From: an uncultured Alphaproteobacteria bacterium
GTDB lineage: Bacteria; Pseudomonadota; Alphaproteobacteria; MPNO01; DASWLB01
Assembly: GCA_963775315.1 (NCBI GenBank)
Contig: CAVZIN010000010.1
Coordinates: 170,570-234,569 of the forward strand
DNA: 64,000 nucleotides
Direction of reading: 5' to 3'
Part shown: in pieces, positions 1 to 9,036 of the stretch
Numbering within the stretch: the stretch's first letter is position 1
How the letters are laid out: every line of letters begins with the position of its first letter
Made by a program: the position numbers and the translations under genes
The notes under the pieces: model-generated
What the model was told of the DNA's origin: nothing
Seen by the model: only the letters and a program-made list of their open reading frames with translations
The model's database searches: none

Positions 1-507
1 CCGTCCACGCCGGACGCGCCAGCTCCGATCGGCGATCCGCCGCCGAGTACGGAGGAGTGGCAGCGCCTCGGCGCTGAGCTGGTCGCCGAGCGCACGGCCG
101 ACGACGCAGCCCTTGCCGCCTTGCGAAACGACTGGGGAACCGAGTTCGACGCCAACCTCGGTCTTGCCCAGCGCCTGGTGGGCGAAGTGGCTGCGCCCGA
201 GCTGGTCGCCGCGTTCGACCGCTCGGGCCTCGCCGGCAATCCCTTCCTGTTGCGCGCCGTGGCCGAGGTGGCGCGCCGGCTGTACGGGCCGAACGGTGCC
301 GCGGCCTCCGCGTCCATGCCGCCCTCGGGCCGCAATACCGGACGTATCCGCACCCGCCTCGACGAGCTGCACGCGCTGCAGTTCCACGACGACCCGACGC
401 AGCGCGACGCCTACCGTTCGGCGCCCGTGCAGGGCGAGCTCGAGCGGCTCTATGCCGCGCTCTATGGCCATGCGCCGGTCGTCGGCCGCGAATCGCGCGT
501 CGCCTAG
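1..507 (+). CDS. Phage hypothetical protein, 5' end outside the window
   Basis: Frame 1 is open from nt 1 to the stop at 505-507. The listed ORF 121..507 is only its internal Met. It lies 17 nt upstream of the next phage gene. No family recognised. Confidence 0.45.
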   Translation, partial: PSTPDAPAPIGDPPPSTEEWQRLGAELVAERTADDAALAALRNDWGTEFDANLGLAQRLVGEVAAPELVAAFDRSGLAGNPFLLRAVAEVARRLYGPNGAAASASMPPSGRNTGRIRTRLDELHALQFHDDPTQRDAYRSAPVQGELERLYAALYGHAPVVGRESRVA

Positions 508-524
508 AAACAAGGGAGCGAAAA

Positions 525-1094
525 ATGGCCTCCGAAGTCGGCATCTGCAACTCGGCGCTGACCAAGATCGGTGCCGGGCGCGTCGTCGCGCTCGACGACG
601 GCTCGAAGAACGCGAACGCCTGCGCCGAGCTGTACCCGAAGCTTCGCGACGACCTGTTGCGCCGCCACGTCTGGAACTTCGCCTGCGTCCGGCTGAAGCT
701 CGCGCGGCTCGCCGCTGCGCCGGTCTTCGGCTACGCCTACGCCTATCAGCTTCCGTCGGACTGGCTGCGCACGGTCGCCGTCTATGAGGACGATGCCGCG
801 GCGGCGCTCGCAGACTACCGCATCGAAGGCCGGACGATCCTATCGTCGGCCGAGGCGCTCTACCTCCTCTACATCCGCGCCGTCACGGATCCGAACGACA
901 TGCCCTCGGATTTCCGCGAGGCGCTGGCGTGCCTGCTCGCCTGCGACCTGTCCGTGCCGATTGCCCAGTCCTGGAGCCTGCGCCAGGAGATGGGCGACGC
1001 GTTCCGGGATGCCGTGGCGCGCGCGAAAAGCGTCGACGCGGTCGAGGACTGCCCCGAGCCGATGCCGGCCGGAAGCTGGGTGACGGTGCGCTGA
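525..1094 (+). CDS. Phage structural protein, tail tubular A / adaptor-like (tentative)
   Basis: 189 aa with SD AAGGGAG upstream. Its size and its position directly before a ~830-aa tail protein mirror T7 gp11/gp12 order. The family call is from memory only. Confidence 0.5.
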   Translation: MASEVGICNSALTKIGAGRVVALDDGSKNANACAELYPKLRDDLLRRHVWNFACVRLKLARLAAAPVFGYAYAYQLPSDWLRTVAVYEDDAAAALADYRIEGRTILSSAEALYLLYIRAVTDPNDMPSDFREALACLLACDLSVPIAQSWSLRQEMGDAFRDAVARAKSVDAVEDCPEPMPAGSWVTVR

Positions 1095-3598
1095 TGGCTC
1101 GGGTCAATCCGCTGCAGCCGGCGTTCAACGCCGGCGAGATCAGCCCGCGCATGGTGGCGCGGGTCGACTTCAACAAGTACGGCGCCGCGGCCGCCGTGTG
1201 CGAGAACATGATCGCCCTGCCGCAGGGCGGAATCATGCGCCGGCCCGGCACGCGGTTCGTCGCTGCCGTAAAGGATTCGGAGAGCGCCTGCCGCCTGCTT
1301 CGCTTCGAATTCTCGACCGAGCAGGCCTACGTCATCGAGGCGGGGGAGGGCTATTTCCGCTTCTACCGGAACCAGGGCGTCATCAGCGTGGCCGCGACCG
1401 ACGCCGCGATCGTCAACGGCACGTTCACCGCGGACATCTTGGGCTGGACCGACCGTTCGGGCGCGGGATCGTCGATCGCACACGACGCGACCAACGGCCG
1501 CCTGTCGCTCGTCTCGAACGGGACGAGTTACGCCCATGCCGAGCAGGCGGTCGCCACGAGCCATGCGAACCAGGAACACGTGCTGGCCTTCCACACGCTG
1601 GGCGCGCCAGGCGACGAGGTTCTGCTGCGCATCGGCACGAGCTCGACCGGCGGCGAGATCGTCGACGACGTGGCGTTCGCGACCGGGCGGCACGTTTTCG
1701 CCTTCACCCCGCCCGCGAGCCCGTTCTACGTGCAGTTCCGCCACAAGACGGGCAAGACCCTGCAGCTCGACGACGTGGCCCTTCTGACGGGTTGCGCGCT
1801 CGAGCTCGCGACGCCTTTCGCCGCATCCGACCTGGGCGGCTTGCAAAGCGCGCAATCGGCCGACGTCGCCTATCTGTGCCACGCCGTCCATCCGGTGCAG
1901 AAGCTCGCCCGCTCCGGCCACACCTCGTGGTCTCTGGTCGAGACAGCGTTCGATGACGGGCCATGGATTGCGCTCAACCCGGACGCGGCGAAGACCCTGG
2001 CCGCGGCCTCCGCCTCGGGCCTCGGCGTCACGGTGACGGCGAGCGGCCACGCGCCGTTCGACCCCTCTGACGTCGGCCGCGCGCTGCGCCTCACCCATGG
2101 GGCGAACGAGCCGGGCTGGGGGGTGATCGCCGCCTATATCTCGGCGACCGAGGTGACGGTGGACATCCGCCGTGCCTTCACCTCGACCGCGGCCACCGCC
2201 GACTGGCAGCTTGGCGCCTGGTCGGCTGCGACCGGCTATCCCCAGGCCGTCGCCTTCTTCGAGCAGCGCGCCTGCTACGCCAAAACGACCAACCAGCCGC
2301 AGACCTTCTGGATGTCGCAGTCCGCCGACCTGGAGAACATGCGACCGGACAGCCGCGATTCCGGCGCGAACACGGTTCAGGACGACGATGCGCTCGACTT
2401 CACCATGGCAGCCGAACGAGTGGACGTCATCCAGTGGCTGTCGCCCGGCGCCAAGCTGGTGATCGGCACGTCGGGCGGCGAGTGGATCGTGCAGTCCGAC
2501 GGGCCGGTGGTGACGCCGACCGACATCAGCGTGAAGCGCCAGACGACGCACGGTTCCGCGCCCCTGCCCGCCGTGCGGGTCGGCCCGACGGCGCTGTTCC
2601 TGCAGCGCGCGCGGCGCAAGATTCGCGAATTCACCTACGACTTCCAGGTCGACGGCTACCAGGCGCCCGACCTCACCATCCTGTCCGACCATGTAAGCCA
2701 GCCCGGCCTCGTCGAGATGGACTACCAGGAGGAGCCGGACTCGGTGCTCTGGTGCGTCCGCGCGGACGGCCAGCTCGCCTGCATGACCTATCGCCGCGAC
2801 GAAGACGTGATCGGCTGGACCCGCCAAGTCCTCGGCGGATCGTTCCAAGGCGGCAACGCCTGCGTGGAATCGGTGGCGGTGATCCCCGGCAGCGACGATG
2901 CGGGCCAGGTTCTGAGCTCGGCCGACCGCGACGAGGTGTGGGTGATCGCGAAGCGGACGCTCGGCAGCGCCACCTGCCGAATCGTCGAGTTCTTCGAGCG
3001 TGCCTTTGTGGGCCCCGATCCGCACGCCTACGCGACCGGCGCGGCGTGGCGGGCGGCGATGCTGACGGCGCAGCGCGACGCATTCTACGTCGATTGCGGT
3101 CTGACCTATGACGGCGCCGCAACGACGACCGTCAGCGGTCTTGACCATCTCGAGGGCGAGACGGTCAAGGTGCTGGCCGATGGGGCCGTGCACCCGGACC
3201 GGACCGTGTCGGCCGGTGCGATCTCTCTGCAAGCCCCTGTCAGCAAGGTGCAGGCCGGGCTCGGCTACGCCCACACATACGAGTGCCTCAAGATCGACGC
3301 GGGGGCCAGCGCCGGAACGGCCGTCGGGCGCACCAAGCGCATCCACGGGCTCACCCTGGTGCTGCTCGATTCGACCGGCACGGGCATCGGGCCGGATCGC
3401 GGGCACCTCACCCCGCTGGAATTCCGCGAGGTGGCCGATGCGATGGATTCGGCGGTGCCGCTGTTCACCGGCGAGCGCTATGTCGAGTTGGAGGGGGACT
3501 ACCAGCTCGACGCCCGCTTCGTGATCCGGAACGACGCGCCGGGCCCGTTCGCGCTGCTCGCCGTGGCGCCGGCGCTCAAGACCAACGAGATGGTGTGA
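1094..3598 (+). CDS. Large phage tail (nozzle / tail tubular B-like) protein
   Basis: 834 aa from the ATG at 1094, which overlaps the upstream TGA by 1 nt. The N-terminus MARVNPLQPAFNAGEISPRM resembles podovirus tail/nozzle proteins as I remember them. The ORF-track start at 929 is upstream and unlikely. Confidence 0.6.
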   Translation: MARVNPLQPAFNAGEISPRMVARVDFNKYGAAAAVCENMIALPQGGIMRRPGTRFVAAVKDSESACRLLRFEFSTEQAYVIEAGEGYFRFYRNQGVISVAATDAAIVNGTFTADILGWTDRSGAGSSIAHDATNGRLSLVSNGTSYAHAEQAVATSHANQEHVLAFHTLGAPGDEVLLRIGTSSTGGEIVDDVAFATGRHVFAFTPPASPFYVQFRHKTGKTLQLDDVALLTGCALELATPFAASDLGGLQSAQSADVAYLCHAVHPVQKLARSGHTSWSLVETAFDDGPWIALNPDAAKTLAAASASGLGVTVTASGHAPFDPSDVGRALRLTHGANEPGWGVIAAYISATEVTVDIRRAFTSTAATADWQLGAWSAATGYPQAVAFFEQRACYAKTTNQPQTFWMSQSADLENMRPDSRDSGANTVQDDDALDFTMAAERVDVIQWLSPGAKLVIGTSGGEWIVQSDGPVVTPTDISVKRQTTHGSAPLPAVRVGPTALFLQRARRKIREFTYDFQVDGYQAPDLTILSDHVSQPGLVEMDYQEEPDSVLWCVRADGQLACMTYRRDEDVIGWTRQVLGGSFQGGNACVESVAVIPGSDDAGQVLSSADRDEVWVIAKRTLGSATCRIVEFFERAFVGPDPHAYATGAAWRAAMLTAQRDAFYVDCGLTYDGAATTTVSGLDHLEGETVKVLADGAVHPDRTVSAGAISLQAPVSKVQAGLGYAHTYECLKIDAGASAGTAVGRTKRIHGLTLVLLDSTGTGIGPDRGHLTPLEFREVADAMDSAVPLFTGERYVELEGDYQLDARFVIRNDAPGPFALLAVAPALKTNEMV
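1872..2461 (+). repeat. Inverted repeat, arm 1 (590 bp, original copy inside the nozzle gene)
   Basis: Its reverse complement recurs at 3664-4253. Junctions were read base by base. All three reading frames give identical peptides in both copies (for example QKLARSGHTSWSLVE...SPGAKLV). Confidence 0.9.
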
Positions 3599-5076
3599 TG
3601 GAGCTGGTGCCGTTCCGGCCCGAGCACTTCCTCGCCCTTATGCCGCCGCCCGCCCGTGCCGACCACCAGCTTGGCGCCGGGCGACAGCCACTGGATGACG
3701 TCCACTCGTTCGGCTGCCATGGTGAAGTCGAGCGCATCGTCGTCCTGAACCGTGTTCGCGCCGGAATCGCGGCTGTCCGGTCGCATGTTCTCCAGGTCGG
3801 CGGACTGCGACATCCAGAAGGTCTGCGGCTGGTTGGTCGTTTTGGCGTAGCAGGCGCGCTGCTCGAAGAAGGCGACGGCCTGGGGATAGCCGGTCGCAGC
3901 CGACCAGGCGCCAAGCTGCCAGTCGGCGGTGGCCGCGGTCGAGGTGAAGGCACGGCGGATGTCCACCGTCACCTCGGTCGCCGAGATATAGGCGGCGATC
4001 ACCCCCCAGCCCGGCTCGTTCGCCCCATGGGTGAGGCGCAGCGCGCGGCCGACGTCAGAGGGGTCGAACGGCGCGTGGCCGCTCGCCGTCACCGTGACGC
4101 CGAGGCCCGAGGCGGAGGCCGCGGCCAGGGTCTTCGCCGCGTCCGGGTTGAGCGCAATCCATGGCCCGTCATCGAACGCTGTCTCGACCAGAGACCACGA
4201 GGTGTGGCCGGAGCGGGCGAGCTTCTGCACCGGATGGACGGCGTGGCACAGATCGTCCGGATCGAGTCCGCCCTCTCACTGACGATTTCGGCCGGCTCGA
4301 CCCTCGGCACGACCAGCGGCGAGCCCTGCCGTCTCTGGATCGTGGTCGCGACCTATGGCGGGGCGACACAGCTGGGCGCAGTGAATTGCCTCGACCATGG
4401 CACGTTCACCATCTTTCCGCTGCGCCAGACGGGAATCGCCACCGTCTACGCCGAGGGCGGCGCAGGCGGCGCCGACACTGCGGGTGCGATCTACGCGACC
4501 ACCTCGACCGGCGCGTCGTTCACCATCCTCGGCTATATCGAGTGGCCGGCCGGGCTCGTTACGGCCGGCACATGGAATACGGCGCCCTCGGTCGTCCAGC
4601 TGTACGACGCCCAGACGGCCCTTCCCGGCCAGTACCTCGGCTGCTTGAGCAGCTACAACAGCGTCGCCGCGACCGGCTCCACAATCATCCCCTGCGACAA
4701 CACCGCGCCGCAAAGCAGCGAGGGCGACCAGTACCTGACGCGCGCGGCTTGGGCGCTGAGTCCCGCCAACCTGATCGAGGTCGAGGTGCAGGCCTTCTTT
4801 GCCAGCTCAGCAGCGGGCAGCCTCACCCTGGCGCTGTTCCAGGACACCGACATGTCGGCCAAGGCCGTCTCGGTCTCCACCGCTGCCGTCAACGCCATCT
4901 ACGGGGCGCGCCGCCTCACCTACCTTGCGCGCCCGAATCCTGCCGGTGTCACAAGCTTCTACGTGCGTGCGGGCCTCAGCGTCGCCGGTACGCTCACCTT
5001 CAACGGCGTCGCAGGCGCCGGGCTCTATGGCGGCCGGCTCCTCAGCTACATCCGTCTGCGGGAGATCATGGCATGA
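3598..5076 (+). pseudogene. Chimeric ORF: short 5' remnant of a phage gene, the inverted copy of the nozzle-gene segment, and a tail-fibre-like C-terminal region
   Basis: ATG at 3598 (MELVPFRPEHFLALMPPP) runs into antisense repeat DNA at 3664-4253, which is open only by chance. From 4254 on, the sequence is Gly/Ala/Thr/Ser-rich and tail-fibre-like (..ISAGSTLGTTSG..TLTFNGVAGAGLYGG..). Confidence 0.5.
3664..4253 (-). repeat. Inverted repeat, arm 2 (590 bp, derived inverted copy)
   Basis: Reverse complement of 1872-2461. There is one mismatch at 3663/2462, then 8 more matching nt. The spacer between the arms is 1202 bp. Confidence 0.9.
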
Positions 5077-5441
5077 GCACCGTTCGAGTCGTCTACGACC
5101 AGGAGCCGACCTTTCCGGCAACCGACCAGCACCCGGACGCCGCCCGCTACCAGGTGGGCGGACGCTGGGTCGACGCTATCGGCGGGGCGCCGACCGAGAC
5201 GGAAGTGACAGCCTTTCTGGCGACAGCGCAGCGCTGGCTCGTCCCCAAGCTTCAGATCGTCGACCGGCTGATTGCCATTGGGCTGATGGACGCCGCGACC
5301 GCGACGCTCAATGATGCGGCGAACGTCACAGTCAAGACGCGCTGGGACGCCGCCGCCGAGGTGTGGAACGACGACCCGCAGGCCCTGGCACTGCTGGCCG
5401 CTATCGGCGCGGATGCCGCAAGCGTGCTGGCGCCAGCATGA
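5073..5441 (+). CDS. Phage hypothetical protein
   Basis: 122 aa. ATGA overlap with the upstream stop. Coding-like composition. No family recognised. Confidence 0.5.
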   Translation: MSTVRVVYDQEPTFPATDQHPDAARYQVGGRWVDAIGGAPTETEVTAFLATAQRWLVPKLQIVDRLIAIGLMDAATATLNDAANVTVKTRWDAAAEVWNDDPQALALLAAIGADAASVLAPA

Positions 5442-5728
5442 CGGCCGACGAACAACTCGACACCCGCGCGATCGAGCTCGCGACCAGCGCGCTGGCCCGC
5501 ATCGAGGCGCACGAGCGCGTCTGCAAGGAGCGCTGGGAGGCGAGCCGGCGCGCGCAGGAAGAGATAAAGGACGCGCTGAAGCACGGGTTCGACGAGACGC
5601 ACCGGCGCATCGACGAGGTACACGGTCGAATCAACGGACTTGCGGACCTCCGGCTCAAAAGTGCCGCCGGCGTGATTGGCGTGCTGCTCGTCGCGTTCGG
5701 CTGGGTGTTCATGGTCCATTTCGGCTGA
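5438..5728 (+). CDS. Phage coiled-coil protein with C-terminal transmembrane anchor
   Basis: 96 aa. ATGA overlap with the upstream gene. Hydrophobic C-terminus AAGVIGVLLVAFGWVFMVHF. Confidence 0.5.
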   Translation: MTADEQLDTRAIELATSALARIEAHERVCKERWEASRRAQEEIKDALKHGFDETHRRIDEVHGRINGLADLRLKSAAGVIGVLLVAFGWVFMVHFG

Positions 5729-5784
5729 CGCCGCCGGACCGCGCCCGACCCCTCACCCCCTATCCAACGCTGAAAGGAACGGAC

Positions 5785-6117
5785 ATGACGTGGTTCGATG
5801 ACGTGAAGTCGTGGCTGGAAGCCCGGATCGCCGAGCTGCGGTCGGCGATCGGGCCGGCACTGACCGCGTTCGCCAACTCGATCGTGGCGGCAGGCGCCGA
5901 CGCCCTGCTGCAGATCGCCGAGGAAGCGGTCACCAAGGTGGCGGCCGATCCCACCATCCTCACCAACTCGGCAAAGCGCGACGCGGCGATCGCCCAGGTG
6001 CTCGGCGAGGCAGGAAATGCCGGCCTCAAGGTGACCGAGACGGCCGCGCTCAACGCCATCCAGGCCGTCTACACCGCGATGAAGGACTCGGCGTCCGCCG
6101 CACCGGCGACGCCGTGA
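5785..6117 (+). CDS. Phage hypothetical protein, possibly holin-family-like (weak)
   Basis: 110 aa. SD GAAAGGAAC upstream of the ATG at 5785. Sits immediately before the spanin pair. Ala-rich and amphipathic. The functional call is weak. Confidence 0.45.
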   Translation: MTWFDDVKSWLEARIAELRSAIGPALTAFANSIVAAGADALLQIAEEAVTKVAADPTILTNSAKRDAAIAQVLGEAGNAGLKVTETAALNAIQAVYTAMKDSASAAPATP

Positions 6118-6344
6118 GCTGGCTGGCCCTCGCCGGCTATGCACTCAAGCTGCTGGGGCTCGTCGAATGGGCCACGAAGCTGTTCGAGCGCATCGAGGCC
6201 CGGCAGGAAGGTCGCGTCGCCCAGACCGTGCAGGACCAAGCCAAGGTGATCGCCGATGCCGAAAACGCCAACCGGGCCCGCGCTGATGCTGAGCGCGGCG
6301 CTGACCATGACCTCCTGCGGGACGACGGTTTCCGGCGTGACTGA
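6114..6344 (+). CDS. i-spanin (Rz-like)
   Basis: GTG start in a GTGA overlap. N-terminal TM segment WLALAGYALKLLGLV followed by a charged coiled-coil region. A lipoprotein ORF begins inside it in the +1 frame. Confidence 0.6.
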   Translation: MSWLALAGYALKLLGLVEWATKLFERIEARQEGRVAQTVQDQAKVIADAENANRARADAERGADHDLLRDDGFRRD

Positions 6345-6465
6345 CGCCAGCTGCACCGTTTTCCGGCCGATCGGCTGGTCTGTACGGGACACGCCGCAGA
6401 CCATCCGCGAGGTGAAGGAACATAACGCGGCCTGGGAGGCGATTTGCCGGAAGAGCCTGCGCTGA
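6256..6465 (+). CDS. o-spanin (Rz1-like outer-membrane lipoprotein)
   Basis: 69 aa. Signal peptide plus lipobox-like LTMTSC. It starts within the Rz-like gene in the +1 frame and extends beyond it, the classic overlapped spanin layout. Confidence 0.65.
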   Translation: MPKTPTGPALMLSAALTMTSCGTTVSGVTDASCTVFRPIGWSVRDTPQTIREVKEHNAAWEAICRKSLR

Positions 6466-6497
6466 CCGCGCGCTACTCGCGTTCACCGAAAAGGAAA

Positions 6498-6527
6498 GGC
6501 CCCGGCGGTGACGCCGGGGCCTTTTTT
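6498..6527 (+). terminator. Rho-independent terminator after the lysis cassette
   Basis: GGCCCCGGCG-gtga-CGCCGGGGCC stem-loop followed by TTTTTT. Confidence 0.8.
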
Positions 6528-6576
6528 CGTGAGGGCTGCGTGCCGGTCGTGGCCAGGCGCCCCCGAGGGGGAAACC

Positions 6577-6653
6577 TGGTCGGAGCGAGAGGATTCGAAC
6601 CTCCGACCCCCGCCTCCCGAAGACGGTGCTCTACCAGGCTGAGCTACGCTCCG
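6577..6653 (-). tRNA. tRNA-Pro (anticodon CGG)
   Basis: The reverse complement folds as a cloverleaf. Acceptor CGGAGCG/CGCTCCG, anticodon loop TTCGGGA, T-loop GGTTCGAAT, encoded CCA. 77 nt. Confidence 0.9.
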
Positions 6654-6713
6654 GCATCCCTGAGGACCGCTATATAACCTTCCGCCCAGCGAGCCGCAAG
6701 CGGCGGCCCGCCG

Positions 6714-7763
6714 CTAGTAGGCGCGGTCGACGGCGAACTCCACCGCCTCGATCAGCGCCCCCTTCTCCGAACCGGGCGGGAAGATCTCAAGGGCCTGACG
6801 CGCCGCGGCGCGGTAGCCGCGGGCGCGGTCGATCGTCGCCTTCAGCGCGCCGACCTTCTCCAGGAGAGCGGCGGCACGGCGGAAATCGCCCTTCTTCTGC
6901 TCCAGATCCTCGAGCGTGCGGCGCCAGAACGCGCGCTGTTCGTCATCGCCCTCCCGAAAAGCCAGAACCACCGGCAGGGTGATCTTGCCCTCGCGGAAAT
7001 CGTCGCCGACCGTCTTGCCGAGTGTCGCCTGCTGGGCCGAATAGTCGAGCACATCGTCGATCAGCTGGAAGGCGATACCGAGGTTGTAGCCATAGGTGCG
7101 GAGTGCCGAGCGTTCCGCCTCCGGCCTGTCGGACACGACCGCGCCGATCTCCGCCGCCGCGGCGAACAGCTTGGCCGTCTTCGCCCGGATCACCGCCAAA
7201 TAGTCTTCCTCGGTCGTGTCGGTGTCGTTGGCGGTCACGAGCTGGGCCACCTCGCCCTCCGCGATGACGGCGGAGGCCTCGGAAAGTATGGCCAGCACGT
7301 CGAGCGACCCATCCGCGACCATGAGCTGGAAGGCGCGGCTGAACAGAAAGTCGCCGACCAGCACGCTCGACTTGTTGCCCCAGACCGAGTTGGCGGTGGC
7401 AAGCCCGCGGCGGAGGTCGCTTTCGTCGACCACGTCGTCGTGCAGCAGGGTAGCGGTGTGGATGAACTCGACCGAGGCGGCGAGGCCGATATGGCGCGAC
7501 CCCGTGTAGCCGCAGAGCCGCGCTGCGCCCAGCGTCAGCATGGGACGCAGTCGCTTGCCGCCGGCGGCGATGATGTGGCCGGCGAGCTGGGGGATCAGCA
7601 GAACCGGCGACTGCATCCGCTGCAGGATCACCTCGTTGACGCGCGCGAGATCCTCGCGCGTCAGGTCGACGAGGGAATCGAGCGTCGGTCGCGGGAACTC
7701 GTCCCGGCCGCCTTCCAGGCTGACGACGACGCTCACCCTCGGCTCCCGTGGCAGTTGACGCAA
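6714..7763 (-). CDS. ispB: Polyprenyl (octaprenyl) diphosphate synthase
   Basis: Two Asp-rich motifs, LLHDDVVDES and FQLIDDVLDY. Length is typical for the family. The exact start is uncertain. Confidence 0.85.
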   Translation of the reverse strand: MRQLPREPRVSVVVSLEGGRDEFPRPTLDSLVDLTREDLARVNEVILQRMQSPVLLIPQLAGHIIAAGGKRLRPMLTLGAARLCGYTGSRHIGLAASVEFIHTATLLHDDVVDESDLRRGLATANSVWGNKSSVLVGDFLFSRAFQLMVADGSLDVLAILSEASAVIAEGEVAQLVTANDTDTTEEDYLAVIRAKTAKLFAAAAEIGAVVSDRPEAERSALRTYGYNLGIAFQLIDDVLDYSAQQATLGKTVGDDFREGKITLPVVLAFREGDDEQRAFWRRTLEDLEQKKGDFRRAAALLEKVGALKATIDRARGYRAAARQALEIFPPGSEKGALIEAVEFAVDRAY

Positions 7764-7863
7764 TTGTGGAATGACGGGAGCATAGACCCGTCGCGGCGGC
7801 GGTCAAGCTGCCGCGGATCCGCCGCCGGGCCGCCGCGCCCGCCGTTGGCGCGCCGGAGCGGGG

Positions 7864-8082
7864 ATGAAGGAACTTCTGCGGACGAACGACGCGGTGCTTC
7901 TGTCTTGGCTGACCGCGCTGCTCCGCGCGGAGCAGATCGAGCCGATCCTGTTCGATGCATACACCTCGGTCGTGGAGGGCAGCATCGGCGCCATTCCGCG
8001 GCGGCTGATGGTTGCGGACGAGGATCATGCCCGGGCGCGACGGATCATCGAGGAAGCGGGCGAGGGCTCCCATCTCGACTGA
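7864..8082 (+). CDS. DUF2007-like small protein
   Basis: 72 aa. MKELLRTNDAVLLSWLTALLRAEQIE... resembles the DUF2007 family as I remember it. Confidence 0.6.
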   Translation: MKELLRTNDAVLLSWLTALLRAEQIEPILFDAYTSVVEGSIGAIPRRLMVADEDHARARRIIEEAGEGSHLD

Positions 8083-8818
8083 CGAGACCACCGAGGACGC
8101 CATCCTCGGCGGGCGCGTCGTCGTGCGCCAGCCGCGCGAGGGATTCCGCGTCGCGATCGATTCCGTGCTGCTCGCCGCCGCCGTCCCGGCGCGCGCCGGC
8201 GACCTGATCTTCGAGCCTGGCACCGGCGTCGGCGCCGCAGCGCTCTGCCTTCTTCGCCGCGTGCCAGAGTGCCGCGTCGTCGGGCTCGAGCTGCAGTCGG
8301 CGCTCGCCGCACTCGCGCGCGAGAACGGTGCGCGCAACGACCTCGGTTCGTCGTTCGAAGTGGTTGAGGGCGACGTCGCAGCACCGTCGTCGCGAATCAC
8401 CCCTGGCACCTTCTCGCACGTAATGATCAACCCGCCCTACCTCGAACCGGCGCGTGCGCGTGCGCCCCGTGCGGCAGCGCGCGCTGCCGCGATGGTCGAA
8501 GGCGAGGCCGCGCTCGACCGATGGATCGCGGCGGCGCTCCGCGCGCTGCGCCACAAGGGCAGTCTCACGATGATCCATCGCGCCGACCGGTTGCCGGACA
8601 TCCTCGCCGCGCTCGATGGCCGAGCAGGTGAGACCGTGGTCTTCCCGATCTGGCCCGAACGCCTGAGAAATCGGGCGATTCGCGTGATCGTGCGGGCGCG
8701 GAAGGGCATCTCAGCGCCGTTCCGGCTGACGGGCGGACTCGTCCTTCATGCGCAGGGAGGCGGCTATGCGCCAGAAGCGGAAGCGGTGCTGCGCGATGGC
8801 AAGCCGCTCGCCTTCTAG
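8027..8818 (+). CDS. SAM-dependent N6-adenine methyltransferase (TrmN6/YfiC-like)
   Basis: Catalytic NPPY motif (VMINPPYLE) and a GTGVG SAM-binding loop. The ATG at 8027 has SD GAGGA. The track start at 8012 is a TTG. Confidence 0.7.
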   Translation: MPGRDGSSRKRARAPISTDETTEDAILGGRVVVRQPREGFRVAIDSVLLAAAVPARAGDLIFEPGTGVGAAALCLLRRVPECRVVGLELQSALAALARENGARNDLGSSFEVVEGDVAAPSSRITPGTFSHVMINPPYLEPARARAPRAAARAAAMVEGEAALDRWIAAALRALRHKGSLTMIHRADRLPDILAALDGRAGETVVFPIWPERLRNRAIRVIVRARKGISAPFRLTGGLVLHAQGGGYAPEAEAVLRDGKPLAF

Positions 8819-9036
8819 CGACCGCGGGGTGGCGCGCGACCTCTTCGATTGGCTTCTACGCGTTCTCGACTGAGGTTTGGAGAAGTCATCGCTGGTTCGT
8901 CGCCGGATCGGGCGACAACGACTGGCAAATCGCAAAATTCGATTGATCACTTGGCGATGAACAATTGAATCTCACGGCGTTCTCGGTATATTGAGTCGGC
9001 CGGCAAATGGGTGCCGGTGCAAGTGGAGAGACGACC

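Larger units (their letters stand above)
1..6530. mobile_element. Right-hand end of a podovirus-like prophage (tail and lysis modules), cut by the window edge
   Basis: Co-directional, translationally coupled (ATGA/TGATG overlaps) phage-type genes. They end in an overlapped spanin pair and a terminator, directly next to the 3' end of tRNA-Pro. Confidence 0.6.

Noticed and set aside
869-3406. Very long antisense or alternative-frame ORFs in the track, for example 869..3406(-), 9204..11060(-), 12526..14016(-), 47478..49136(-) and 60974..62704(-).
   Set aside because: They overlap well-supported genes (nozzle, glyQS, ppdK, kdpA, actB). Their products are Arg/Pro/Gly/Ala-rich and carry no motifs. 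This is typical of open frames in ~68% GC DNA.
1872-4253. Diversity-generating retroelement (TR/VR) or Mu G-segment-like tail-fibre shufflon as an explanation for the repeat.
   Set aside because: The arms are 590 bp, inverted and identical, with no adenine-specific differences. No reverse transcriptase or invertase lies nearby. Inversion would place non-coding antisense DNA after the nozzle N-terminus rather than an alternative C-terminus.
3283-5076. The 597-aa ORF as a genuine large tail-fibre gene.
   Set aside because: Its first part overlaps the nozzle gene. Residues encoded by 3664-4253 are the antisense reading of duplicated nozzle DNA. Only the region after 4253 looks like real fibre coding sequence.
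8012-8026. The track start (TTG at 8012) for the methyltransferase.
   Set aside because: The ATG at 8027 has a better SD (GAGGA 4 nt upstream) and a shorter overlap with the DUF2007 gene. Either way, the start is not experimentally defined.
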